From: an uncultured Actinomycetota bacterium | Lineage (GTDB): Bacteria; Actinomycetota; Actinomycetes; JACCUZ01 | Length of the DNA: 64,000 nucleotides | Reading direction: 5' to 3' | NCBI GenBank assembly: GCA_963846525.1 | Contig: CAWJWE010000001.1 | Location: forward strand, 164,192-228,191 | Part shown: positions 47,933 to 56,649 of the stretch, one piece after another | Numbering within the stretch: the first letter of the stretch is position 1 | Layout of the letters: each line of letters starts with the position of its first letter | Notes under the pieces: generated by a model | The model's database searches: none | The model's input: only the letters and a program-made list of their open reading frames with translations | Told to the model about the DNA's origin: nothing | Position numbers and translations under genes: made by a program

Positions 47933-48426
47933 CAGCGCAGTCCGTTCACGGAGACGCGAGAGGTGAGCCCCTCGACCTTGACGGTGTAGACCTTGGATGA
48001 CGACAGCCGGGTCACCTTGACGGATCCCGCCGTGGCCGTGCCACGTGGCGTGAACTGGGCGTTCGCCGTGGTGCTGCCGTCGGCCTGGAGGAAGCTCGGT
48101 GAGGCCAGGAGGACGCCGGGATTCGCGGTCACGCCCTTCGAGACGAGCAGCCCTGTCGAGCAGGTCGAGCGGTAGACCTTCCAGGCGCGTGCCGCGACGT
48201 CGAAGGTCACGCAGTAGTTGATGCCTTCGGCCTGTGCCCGGGACTGCGCGTTGCGCAGCACTTCCTCGATCTGCACCGCAGTACCGCGCTCGTCCTGAGC
48301 GTTCCGGTACCTGCTGAACCCGCCGACGGACACCGCGACGAGGATCGAGAAGATCACCATGGTGACCGACAGCTCGATCAGCGTGAAGCCTCGGTCGCCG
48401 CCACGTCGGTGCAGTCTCTCCTTCAT
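47932..48426 (-). CDS. Minor pilin, FimT/GspH-like
   Basis: MKERLHRRGGDRG/FTLIELSVTMVIFSILVAVSVGGFSRYRNAQDERGTAVQIEEVLRNAQSRA. The ATG at 48426 overlaps the upstream pilin stop. Confidence 0.65.
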   Translation of the reverse strand: MKERLHRRGGDRGFTLIELSVTMVIFSILVAVSVGGFSRYRNAQDERGTAVQIEEVLRNAQSRAQAEGINYCVTFDVAARAWKVYRSTCSTGLLVSKGVTANPGVLLASPSFLQADGSTTANAQFTPRGTATAGSVKVTRLSSSKVYTVKVEGLTSRVSVNGLR

Positions 48427-48872
48427 CAGCAGGTCCCGGTGTCGAGCCCGTTGGCAGCGGTGAACTTGTAGTCCTTCTGGCGACCCTTCGGGTCGGTGAG
48501 AGAGACGCACCACAGGGTCTCGCTGTTCAGGTTCGACGACGCGCCACTGGCCGGGCGTGCGGTGCCGTTCGTGAGATTGATGGTGGACGCATAGCCGTTC
48601 GCATCGGCGAGCACCACGCTGCCCGGCACGCTGACGAAGTCCAGGGTGAGCGTCGAGTTGCCGTCGACGAAGTAGGTGGCGACCTCTTTGGCGAGGTGCG
48701 ACACGTCTGCCTTGGTGGACGCGTCGTGGGCGTTTGCCCGCTGGCTGAGGAAGGCCGGGATCGCGATGGATGTCAGGATGCCGATGATGATCATGACCAC
48801 GAGGAGCTCGACTAGAGTGAAGCCCTGCTCGGAGGAGTTCCGCGCGGGCGACCTTGTCGACCTGGAGCTCAC
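48426..48872 (-). CDS. pilA: Type IV pilin, second paralog
   Basis: Intact 148-aa ORF. MSSRSTRSPARNSSEQG/FTLVELLVVMIIIGILTSIAIPAFLSQ is followed by a C-terminal Cys pair (LWCVSL...DTGTC). Confidence 0.85.
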   Translation of the reverse strand: MSSRSTRSPARNSSEQGFTLVELLVVMIIIGILTSIAIPAFLSQRANAHDASTKADVSHLAKEVATYFVDGNSTLTLDFVSVPGSVVLADANGYASTINLTNGTARPASGASSNLNSETLWCVSLTDPKGRQKDYKFTAANGLDTGTC

Positions 48873-49033
48873 GTCAGACCCCCTTCTTCGCTCGTGATGG
48901 CGGCGTTGAGCCGCGGCTTCACCACTCTGATCGACTCCACGTCATGAATTCTTGAGTCCTGGCGTTCGGCCGGTTGAGGCAATGTGCAGCGCTTGGCCGA
49001 CGCACGAGCTTCCGTCAAGCGGGCAGATGAGTG

Positions 49034-49069
49034 GGGGTGTGCGGAAGTCGCGTGATCTCCGCACACCCC
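49034..49069 (-). terminator. Second strong hairpin between the two pilin genes
   Basis: GGGGTGTGCGGA - 12-nt loop - TCCGCACACCCC forms a perfect 12-bp stem. No clear U-tract follows. Confidence 0.45.
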
Positions 49070-49082
49070 GGTCGGACAATGA

Positions 49083-49113
49083 CTCTGGGCGGCCCCATCG
49101 GGGCCGCCCAGAG
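49083..49113 (-). terminator. Hairpin terminator/attenuator directly after the major pilin gene
   Basis: CTCTGGGCGGCCCC-ATC-GGGGCCGCCCAGAG forms a perfect 14-bp GC-rich stem. It starts 18 nt downstream of the pilA stop (49131-49133). Confidence 0.6.
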
Positions 49114-49130
49114 CTACTCGGAGATCAGGA

Positions 49131-49571
49131 TCACGGGCAGGCGCCGGTCTCCAAACCGCCGGCGGCGGAGTACTTGTAGGTCTTCTGCTTGCCGTCGGCG
49201 TTGGTGAAGCCGATGCACCAGAGGGTGTCGCTGTTCAGGTTGGTGGCGGTCACCTGGTCGGTGCCCTTGCTGACCTTGATGTCGGCGAAAGGAACGCCGG
49301 CGTCGGAGAGGACGACGTTGTCGCCAGGAGGAGCCTGGGCGACGGTGACGTTCGGCACGGCGGCCGGCTCGACGAAGTAGGTCGCGAGCTCCTTGCCGAC
49401 GGTGGACACGTCGGCCTTGGTGGAGGAGTCCCGGGCCTTCTCACGCTGGGAGAGGAACACCGGGATGGCGATGGCGGCGAGGATGCCGATGATGATCATG
49501 ACGACGAGGAGCTCGATCAGGGTGAAGCCCTGGTCCTTCTCCTCCGCCGCCTTGCGGATGCGAGCGAGCAT
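49131..49571 (-). CDS. pilA: Type IV major pilin candidate
   Basis: Intact 146-aa ORF. MLARIRKAAEEKDQG/FTLIELLVVMIIIGILAAIAIPVFLSQ is followed by a C-terminal Cys pair (LWCIGF...ETGACP). It has a strong SD (AAGGACGGAG), its own leader and its own terminator. Confidence 0.9.
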   Translation of the reverse strand: MLARIRKAAEEKDQGFTLIELLVVMIIIGILAAIAIPVFLSQREKARDSSTKADVSTVGKELATYFVEPAAVPNVTVAQAPPGDNVVLSDAGVPFADIKVSKGTDQVTATNLNSDTLWCIGFTNADGKQKTYKYSAAGGLETGACP

Positions 49572-49643
49572 GTGATGCTCCGTCCTTTCAGGACCGATCC
49601 CGATGAGCCGCGCCGCCGGTCCCTCGCGGCACCCTTGTGGGTG

Positions 49644-49736
49644 CCGGCCGAGGCAGCTGGGCTGACCGCGATCTCTGTCACGCGGTTCCCTGGCTTTGCG
49701 ACCCCGTCTCGCGACGGGTGTGCCGTTTCTGGCCGG
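49644..49736 (-). promoter_or_regulatory. Candidate riboswitch-like aptamer (GEMM-I-like motif) in the pilA leader
   Basis: On the minus strand a closing helix CCGGCC/GGCCGG encloses two hairpins. The first is CCCGUC-GCGA-GACGGG and the second is ACCGCG..CGCGGU (extended by GGG/CCC). They are linked by GUCGCAAAGCC. This is only a partial match to the c-di-GMP-I core as I recall it. Confidence 0.35.
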
Positions 49737-49840
49737 TGTGGCTCGATGACATAGAGGTTTTCGGTGCCGTGACGGACCGCGCTTGAGCCGTTGCCGAGGA
49801 CAATTTCCGCGACCACCCGATGGGGCTAGGCCGAACGGCG

Positions 49841-49873
49841 GACGGGCCGGACGCCGAACGGGTCCGGCCCGTC
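49841..49873 (-). terminator. Hairpin terminator after pilC
   Basis: GACGGGCCGGAC - 9-nt loop - GTCCGGCCCGTC forms a perfect 12-bp stem about 20 nt downstream of the inferred pilC stop. Confidence 0.55.
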
Positions 49874-49892
49874 CGACGTGGCCAGCGGTCGG

Positions 49893-51125
49893 CTACTCTG
49901 ATCAGGTCGAAGACCTTGAAGATCGGCATGTACAGCGCGATGATCATCGACCCGATGATGCGCGCCGAGGAAGGCGATCATCAGCGGCTCGATCAGCGCG
50001 GTGAGCGCCTCGGTGGTCGCCTCGACCTCCTGGTCGTAGAACTCGGCGATCTTGTGCCAGCATCGTGTCCAGGGCGCCGGTGTCCTCGCCGACGGCCATC
50101 ATCTGCACCACCATCGGCGGGAAGACCGGGTGCTTCGCCAGCGGCTCGGCGAGCGACTCGCCGCTGCGGACGCTCTCCTGGACGTCGCGTGATGGCGCGC
50201 TCGAGGACGACGTTGCCGGTGGTGTCCGCGACGATGTCGAGCGCCTGCAGGATCGGGACGCCGGACTTCATCATGGTGCCGAGGTTGCGGGCTGAACCGG
50301 CTGAGCGCGATCTTCTGGAACAGCTGGCCGAAGACCGGCAGCTTGAGCTTGAGCGGGTCGAGCGACGTTGCGCACCTGGTCGCGTGTGCTTGACCTTGCG
50401 GCCAGGTGACCATGAAGCGCGATGAAGCCCACCACAGCCGATCGGCGCCAGCGACCTTCATCGCCTCGCTGAGGAACACCAGGACCCGGGTCGGCGCCGG
50501 CAGCGTCGCCGCCGAGGTCGTCGAACATGCCGGCGAAGACCGGGACGATGAAGAGCAGCATGCCGATGACGGCGAGGATGGCGATGACGAACACGACGAC
50601 CGGGTAGGTCATCGCCGACTTGACCTTGCCGCGCAGCTTGACCTCGGCCTCGTAGTTCGTCCGCGATCTGCAGCAGCACCGCGTCGAGGAAGCCGCCGAC
50701 CTCGCCGGCCCGGATCATGTTGACCATCAGCGGCGGGAAGACGTCCGGGTGCTTGGCCATGCGCCTGCGAGAGCGCGCTGCCGGTCTCGACGTCGTTGCG
50801 CGACCTCGCCGAGGACCCGGGCGAGCTCCTTGTTCTCGGTCTGCTCGGCCAGGATCGTCAGCGCGCGCAGCAGCGACAGGCCGGAGTTGATCATCGTCGG
50901 CGAACTGCCGCGACATGACCGCGAGGTCCTTGAGCTTGACCTTCTTGCCGAAGCCCGGGATGTTGATCTCCTTGCTTCATCCCGGCCTTGTGCTCGCTGA
51001 TGCTGACAGCGGCGCGTAGCCCATCTGTCTTGAGCTTGCTGCGCCACCGCGGCCTGGGAGTCCGCCTCCAGCGTGCCGGTGACGATCTTCCCGGTCTGGT
51101 CCCGGACCGAGTACTCGTAGGTCAT
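49893..51125 (-). CDS. pilC: Type IV pilus platform protein PilC (many frameshifts; 3' end approximate)
   Basis: The gene starts MTYEYSVRDQTGKIVTGTLEADSQAAVAQ. Two T2SSF repeats appear across frames (MINSGLSLLRALTILAEQTENKELARVLGEV and MMKSGVPILQALDIVADTTGNVVLERAI). The final helix reads MIIALYMPIFKVFDLI. Confidence 0.85.
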
Positions 51126-51149
51126 GCGTCGCTGCCATCGGATTGCCTC

Positions 51150-52737
51150 TCAGCCTCGGCCGGCGAGCCGGTTGAAGTCCTCGACGTGGTGGCACTTCTC
51201 GAGGCCGACCTCGTAGGTGATCTTGCCCTTCATCACCAGGTCGGCGAGGTGCTGGTCCATGGTGTGCATGCCGTGCTTCGCGCCGGCCTGCATGGCCGAG
51301 TAGATCTGGTGGGTCTTGCCCTCGCGGATCAGGTTGCGGATGGCCGGCGTGGCGACCAGCACCTCGGTCGCGACGGCCCGGCCCGTGCCCGTCGCGCGGT
51401 CTTGGCCAGGGTCTGGCAGACGACGCCCTGCAGCGAGCCGGCCAGCTGGACGCGGACCTGCTGCTGCTGGTTGGGCGGGAAGACGTCGATGATGCGGTCG
51501 ATCGTCTGCGCGGCGTCCTGGGTGTGCAGGGTGGCGAAGACGAGGTGGCCGGTCTCGGCGGCGGTCAGCGCCACCGAGATGGTCTCCAGGTCGCGCATCT
51601 CGCCGACCAGGATGATGTCGGGGTCCTGGCGCAGCACGTGCTTGAGCGCGTTCTGGAAGGACTAGGTGTCCTCCCCCACCTCGCGCTGGTTGACGATGCA
51701 CTTCTGGTGCCGGTGCAGGAACTCGATCGGGTCCTCGACGGTCATGATGTGCTCGCTGCGCGGTCCGGTTGGCCAGGTCGATCAGCGACGCGAGCGTCGT
51801 CGACTTGCCGGAGCCGGTCGGGCCGGTGACGAGGACGAAGCCGCGCGGCAGCGACGCGAAGTTCGGCCACCGACGGCGGCACGCCGAGGTCCTCGAGCTT
51901 GCTTGATCTCGAACGGGATGATGCGGAAGGCCGCGCCGAGCGCGTCGCGCTGGCGGTAGATGTTGACGCGGAACCGGGCCCGGCCCGGGACGCTGTAGGC
52001 GAAGTCGAGCTCGAGGTTCTCCTCGAACTTCTCCCGCTGCTTCTGGGTGAGGGCGGCGTAGAGCACCCGCTGGATGACCGGCGGGGTGAGGATCGGCTGG
52101 TCCTCCAGCTGCTTCAGCTCGCCGTTGAGCGGATCGCGGGCCGGGCGCCCGACGTCAGGTGCAGGTCGGAGGCGCCGCGTGTCGAGCACGTGCATCAGCA
52201 GGTCGTTGAGGCTGATGTCGTTCTCGTCGCCCTCGGCCTCGGTCGAGCCGCGCTGGTAGGCCGACTCCTCGGCCTCCGACTCGGCGACCAGCACCGAGGC
52301 TGCCGTCGCGAGACGCTCACGACGTCGCCCGCGAACGCGGCCGGGGCCGGCGGCGAGCGGTGCTCGTCGACGGGGCGACCTGCTCGCGGCAGCGTAGGCG
52401 GTGGGCGCCTGCGGGCAGCGCGGCTGGCGCCGCGAGCTCGGGCGCCGGCGTCGTACGACACCGGCTGCTCGAGCGCGGCGGCCGGCGGCTGGTACGGCAG
52501 GGCTCCAGCGAGGCCACCGGCCGGCGGGAGCGGGCTCGGCGACCGGGGCCGCTCGGCAGGACCGGGGCGATCGGCGCGGACAGCTCGTCGGCCTCCGCGG
52601 CACCGGGCTCGGCCGACGTAGGAGTAGGTCCACCCGGCGCCCGGGCTCGTCGGCCTCGGCCTCGGGCGCGTCGGCACGGGCACGGCCGCGAAGCCTCCCG
52701 GCTCGTTCGGCACCGGCTGGTATCCGGACGTCTCCAC
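51150..52737 (-). CDS. pilT: Twitching-motility retraction ATPase PilT with Pro/Ala-rich N-terminal region (frameshifts plus an in-frame TAG; start uncertain)
   Basis: The core fragments read [12 protein letters not shown]...[72 protein letters not shown], then [29 protein letters not shown]. An in-frame TAG (51662-51664) follows, then [47 protein letters not shown] and [14 protein letters not shown]. Confidence 0.85.
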
Positions 52738-52850
52738 CTGCTGACCCCTCTCGCTACGGCGGCCCGCGGACCGCGGCACACCTGTCTCGCGAGAGGATCG
52801 GCCGATCGGGCCCTGGCCTTGAGCCGTCGGTGGCCGACCTTGCCAGGTCT

Positions 52851-54534
52851 TTAGACGACGACGCGGAGGATCTCCTCGAGCGAGGTGACGCCCGCGAGCA
52901 CCTTGTCCAGCCCGTCGTCGCGCAGCGTCCTCATGCCCTCGTTCGCGTGGCCACCTGCTCGATCACCGTCGGCGGAGGCGCTGCTCGACGGCGAGCCGCT
53001 CGATCTCCTCGGTGACCGCCATGACCTCGTGCAGCGCCAGCCGGCCCTTGTAGCCGGTCTTGGCGCACGCCGAGCAGCCGACCGGCCGGAACAGCTCGGG
53101 CAGCGGCTCGCCGTCGTGCCACGGGAACCGGGACGCCACCAGGAGCTCCGCGGGTCGGGCGTGTACGCCTCCTTGCACTTCGCGCACAGCCGGCGGGCGA
53201 GCCGCTGGGCGAGCACCGCGTCCAGCGCCGACCCGACGAGGAACGGCTCGATGCCCATCTCGGTCAGCCGGGTGATCGGCCGACGGCGCGTCGTTGGTGT
53301 GCAGGGTCGACAGCACGAGGTGGCCGGTGAGGGCGGCCTCGACGGCGATCTGCGCCGGTCTCGTGGTCGCGGATCTCACCGATCAGCACGATGTCGGGGT
53401 CGGACCGCAGGATCGAGCGCAGCGCCGAGGCGAACGTCAGGCCGGCCTTGGTGTTGGTCTGCACCTGGTTGATGCCGGGCAGCCGGTACTCGACCGGGTC
53501 CTCGACCGTGATGACGTTGACCTCGGGCCTGCTGACGATGTTCAGCGTGGCGTACAGCGTCGTCGACTTGCCGGACCCGGTCGGCCCGGTGACCAGGATC
53601 ATCCCGTACGGCTTGGTGAAGCTCTCGCGAGTAGCGCTCGTAGTTGCTGCTCGGAGAAGCCGAGGTCGGTCGAGGTCCAGCTGCGCCGTGGAGTTGTCCA
53701 GGATTCGCATGACGACCTTCTCGCCCCACACCGTCGGCAGGGTCGCGACGCGCAGGTCGATCTTGCTTGCCCGTGGGCGTTGACCGACAGGCGGCCGTCC
53801 TGCGGGATGCGGCGCTCGGCGATGTTGATGTCGGCCATGATCTTCAGCCGGCTGATGACGCCGGACTGGATCGCCTTCGGCGAGCGCATGACCTCGTGCA
53901 GCACGCCGTCGATGCGGAAGCGCACCCGCAGGTCGTGCTCGGTCGGCTCGAGGTGGATGTCCGACGCGCGGTCCTGGATCGCCTGCGTGATCAGCAGGTT
54001 GACGTACTTGACGATCGGCGCGTCCTCGACGATCTCCTTGACCTTGGAGAGGTCGTCCTCCTCCTCCTGCGCGTCGAGGACGCTGGTGAGGTCGTCGATG
54101 TCGGAGTCGGCGCGGTAGTAGCGGTCGATCGCGGCGGCGACGTCGGCCCGGGTGGCGACGACCGGCTTGACGTCCATGCCGGTGAGCGACGCGGATGTCG
54201 TCGATCGCGAAGACGTTGGCCGGGTCGGCCATCGCGACCAGCAGCTTGCCGTCCTCGAAGCCGATCGGCATGCGCCGAGTGGCGGCGGCACGACCGGCGC
54301 CGGGGACCCGGCCGACGGCGGAGCCGTCGACCGGCGAAGTCGGAGAGGTCGACGAACCGCAGGCCGATCTGGGTGGCGAGCGCGGCGACCAGCTGGGACT
54401 CGGTGAGCACGCCCTGCTCGATCAGCACGCGCCCGAGGGCCCGGCCGACCCGCTGCTGCTCGTCGTAGGCGGCCTGCGAGCTGGGTCGGGCTGACCAGCC
54501 CGCCCTCCAGCAGGATGTCGCCGAGCTGCTTCAC
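52851..54534 (-). CDS. pilB: Type IV pilus assembly (extension) ATPase PilB (many frameshifts)
   Basis: The N-terminus reads [19 protein letters not shown]. ATPase-core fragments include [12 protein letters not shown], the Walker A site [48 protein letters not shown] and [15 protein letters not shown] Cys cluster reads CAKCKE...[12 protein letters not shown], and the C-terminus reads [26 protein letters not shown]. Confidence 0.9.
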
Positions 54535-54797
54535 GCGCCGTCCCTTCCCGTGTACGAGATGTCCTCCCTGACCATCGGGTCAGGCAGGTGCGTTCCTGAA
54601 GCAGTCGCGCGACGGCTCACCAGTGAGCGAGCAGTGCGGCGATCTGGCCCATCGAGCGGGCCAGCGCCGAGTCCGGCGGTACGGCGACCACCTGGCCTCC
54701 GTGCGAGCACCAGCGTCACGCTGACCGGCGGGTCGGGACGGCGGCGACGCCCGCCCGTCAGACCGGTCGCGCAGGCCCCACATCGGCCACGGCCACC

Positions 54798-55376
54798 TCA
54801 GGCCCGGACGGCCTCGGTCTCGACCTCGTCGAGGACCGCGTAGAGCAGGGCCAGCAGGACGTTCTTGACCGACTCCTTGTCGGTGGCGTCGCACGGCGAG
54901 GATGGCCACGTCGGACGGGATGTCCAGCTGCTGCCGGACCCCCTCGATCAGCGCGTGGTCCTCGGCGCCGGCCCGGTTGAGCGCGACGACGTACGGCACC
55001 CGCGCCATCGTCCGGAACGCGCTCGAGGATGCCGCGCAGCCTCCTGCACGGAGTCCTCACGGGACGCGTCGACGAGCAGCAGGTAGCCGATCATGCCCTC
55101 GCCGAGGATCTCCCACATGAAGTCGAAGCGGTCCTGGCCCGGGGTGCCGAACAGGTAGAGCACCAGGTCGCGGTCGATCGTGATGCGACCGAAGTCCATC
55201 GCCACGGTCGTCTCGGCCTTGCGCTTGCGGGTCGAGTCGGTGATCCCGCGCTCGGTCGAGAGCACGGTGATCTCGCTGATGGTGCGGATCAGCGTCGTCT
55301 TGCCGGCGGCGAACGGGCCGGTGACGACCACCTTCACTGCCTGTCCGCCGCGGCGGCGAGCCCGTCCGGTTGCCAC
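54798..55376 (-). CDS. Small Ras-like GTPase of the MglA/CvnD ('ATP/GTP-binding protein') type (about 2 frameshifts)
   Basis: [21 protein letters not shown] (P-loop)...TVAMDFGRI...[19 protein letters not shown]...GYLLLVD is followed by [35 protein letters not shown] and [21 protein letters not shown]. The GTG overlaps the upstream stop. Confidence 0.75.
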
Positions 55377-56647
55377 TAGAGACCCCTCACGCCGGCGATG
55401 AGCCGCAGCATCAGGCTGCGGTTGACGTTGGGGTCCCGCTCGATGACGGACAGCGCATCCGGGTCCGGAGCGGTCGCGGTGGCACCGACGACGTCGCCGA
55501 GCCCGGACATCGAGGCCGACGGCCCCGCCTGCACGTGCACGGCGCGGACGGCAGGTGCCGACGGCGTCTCCTCGAAGTCGGCCTGCCGCTTGGGCAGGAA
55601 CGGCTCGGGCCGCGGCGGCACGACGTCCTGCGGGACGTGCGCCCCGCCGAGCATCACCGGGCCGTCGGCGCCGGCCGTGGCGGTGGCCAGCTCACGCTCG
55701 CCGCCGTCGGCGTCCGGGGACGACAGGCCCTGCTGACCGGCGTCGCCCTCGTCACCGGCGGACGAGCTGGCGTGGGCCTCGGCCATCGCCTTCGCGGCCT
55801 TCCCGGGCTGCTTCGCCGGCGGCGCGGGCGGAGCTTCCTCGGTCGGTGTCTCCTGGACGGGGACGAACGGCGCGTCCTCGAGCGGGGCGAGCAGGCGCTG
55901 GCGGCGCACGACGACGGTGACGTGGTCGTCGGCCTCGCCCGACTCCGGGCGGACCTCGAGCAGGCCGCGCTGCACGAGAGCGGCGAGGGTCGACACGACG
56001 GCGTACTGGCCGCTGCCGGTGAGGTCGACCAGCTCGGTGACGCTGCGCCGTCCGTCGACCAGGGCGAGCAGCGACCACTCCTCGCGGGTGACCTCCGGGT
56101 CGGTCGGCAGCACGACCGGCATGGACGAGGACGGCCCGGGGCGACGGCACGACCTGCGACACGCGTCTCCCAGGTCGAGCTGGCGGGACTCGGCGTCGGC
56201 GAGGACCGCCTCGACCGACAGCGTCACGCCGACGTCGTCCGGGTTGGCCTCGTCCATGACGAAGGCGAAGTCGCCGTCGCGCCAGCGGAGCAGGTCGAAC
56301 ACGGCGTCGACGGACTGGTCGGTGGCGGCCCGGCGGAGCAGGTCGGCGTCGACGGCGCCGTGCTCGAGCAGGGCCCGGACGACGCCGAGGCCCTCGCCCT
56401 GGCCGGCGGCGTCGACGGCGGCGGTCAGGGCCTCGTCGGTCGAGCGTGCCGCTGCCGACCAGGCGCCGGGCCAGCGGCTGCCGCGAGCTGTCCGCCGACG
56501 CGCCGGTGATCTGGCCGCTGGTGAAGAAGACGACGCCGTCGCGAGCCGTCGCTGGGCCAGGTGCAGCCCGCCGGTCTTCTTGGTGAAGCTCAGCAGCTGG
56601 AAGATGTCCGGCAGGCTGAACGCGTCGAGCGAGCCCTCGAGCTTCAT
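55376..56647 (-). CDS. DUF4388 (PATAN) domain protein with disordered Pro/Ala-rich C-terminal half (at least 2 frameshifts)
   Basis: The DUF4388 signature reads [30 protein letters not shown]...[19 protein letters not shown]. This is followed by [46 protein letters not shown], a low-complexity region and a conserved-looking tail ([19 protein letters not shown]). Confidence 0.65.
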   Translation of the reverse strand: MKLEGSLDAFSLPDIFQLLSFTKKTGGLHLAQRRLATASSSSPAARSPARRRTARGSRWPGAWSAAARSTDEALTAAVDAAGQGEGLGVVRALLEHGAVDADLLRRAATDQSVDAVFDLLRWRDGDFAFVMDEANPDDVGVTLSVEAVLADAESRQLDLGDACRRSCRRPGPSSSMPVVLPTDPEVTREEWSLLALVDGRRSVTELVDLTGSGQYAVVSTLAALVQRGLLEVRPESGEADDHVTVVVRRQRLLAPLEDAPFVPVQETPTEEAPPAPPAKQPGKAAKAMAEAHASSSAGDEGDAGQQGLSSPDADGGERELATATAGADGPVMLGGAHVPQDVVPPRPEPFLPKRQADFEETPSAPAVRAVHVQAGPSASMSGLGDVVGATATAPDPDALSVIERDPNVNRSLMLRLIAGVRGL

Positions 56648-56649
56648 CG

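Noticed and set aside
49737-49840. Assigning a specific -35/-10 promoter for pilA (for example TTGTCC ... TATGTC).
   Set aside because: The spacing and hexamer matches were poor, with no TAnnnT -10 at a proper distance from a -35 element. I left the promoter unannotated.
40049-54534. Absence of a pilQ secretin, tsaP or fimV as a sign of an incomplete pilus system.
   Set aside because: A secretin is not expected in a monoderm actinobacterium, and Gram-positive T4P loci characteristically lack it.
54535-54797. A second riboswitch-like element or strong terminator in the 260-nt spacer upstream of pilB.
   Set aside because: I found no GCAAAGCC-type motif and no clean multi-helix fold by eye. 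There is only an imperfect GC hairpin around 54735-54765 with a bulge, which is not enough to call.
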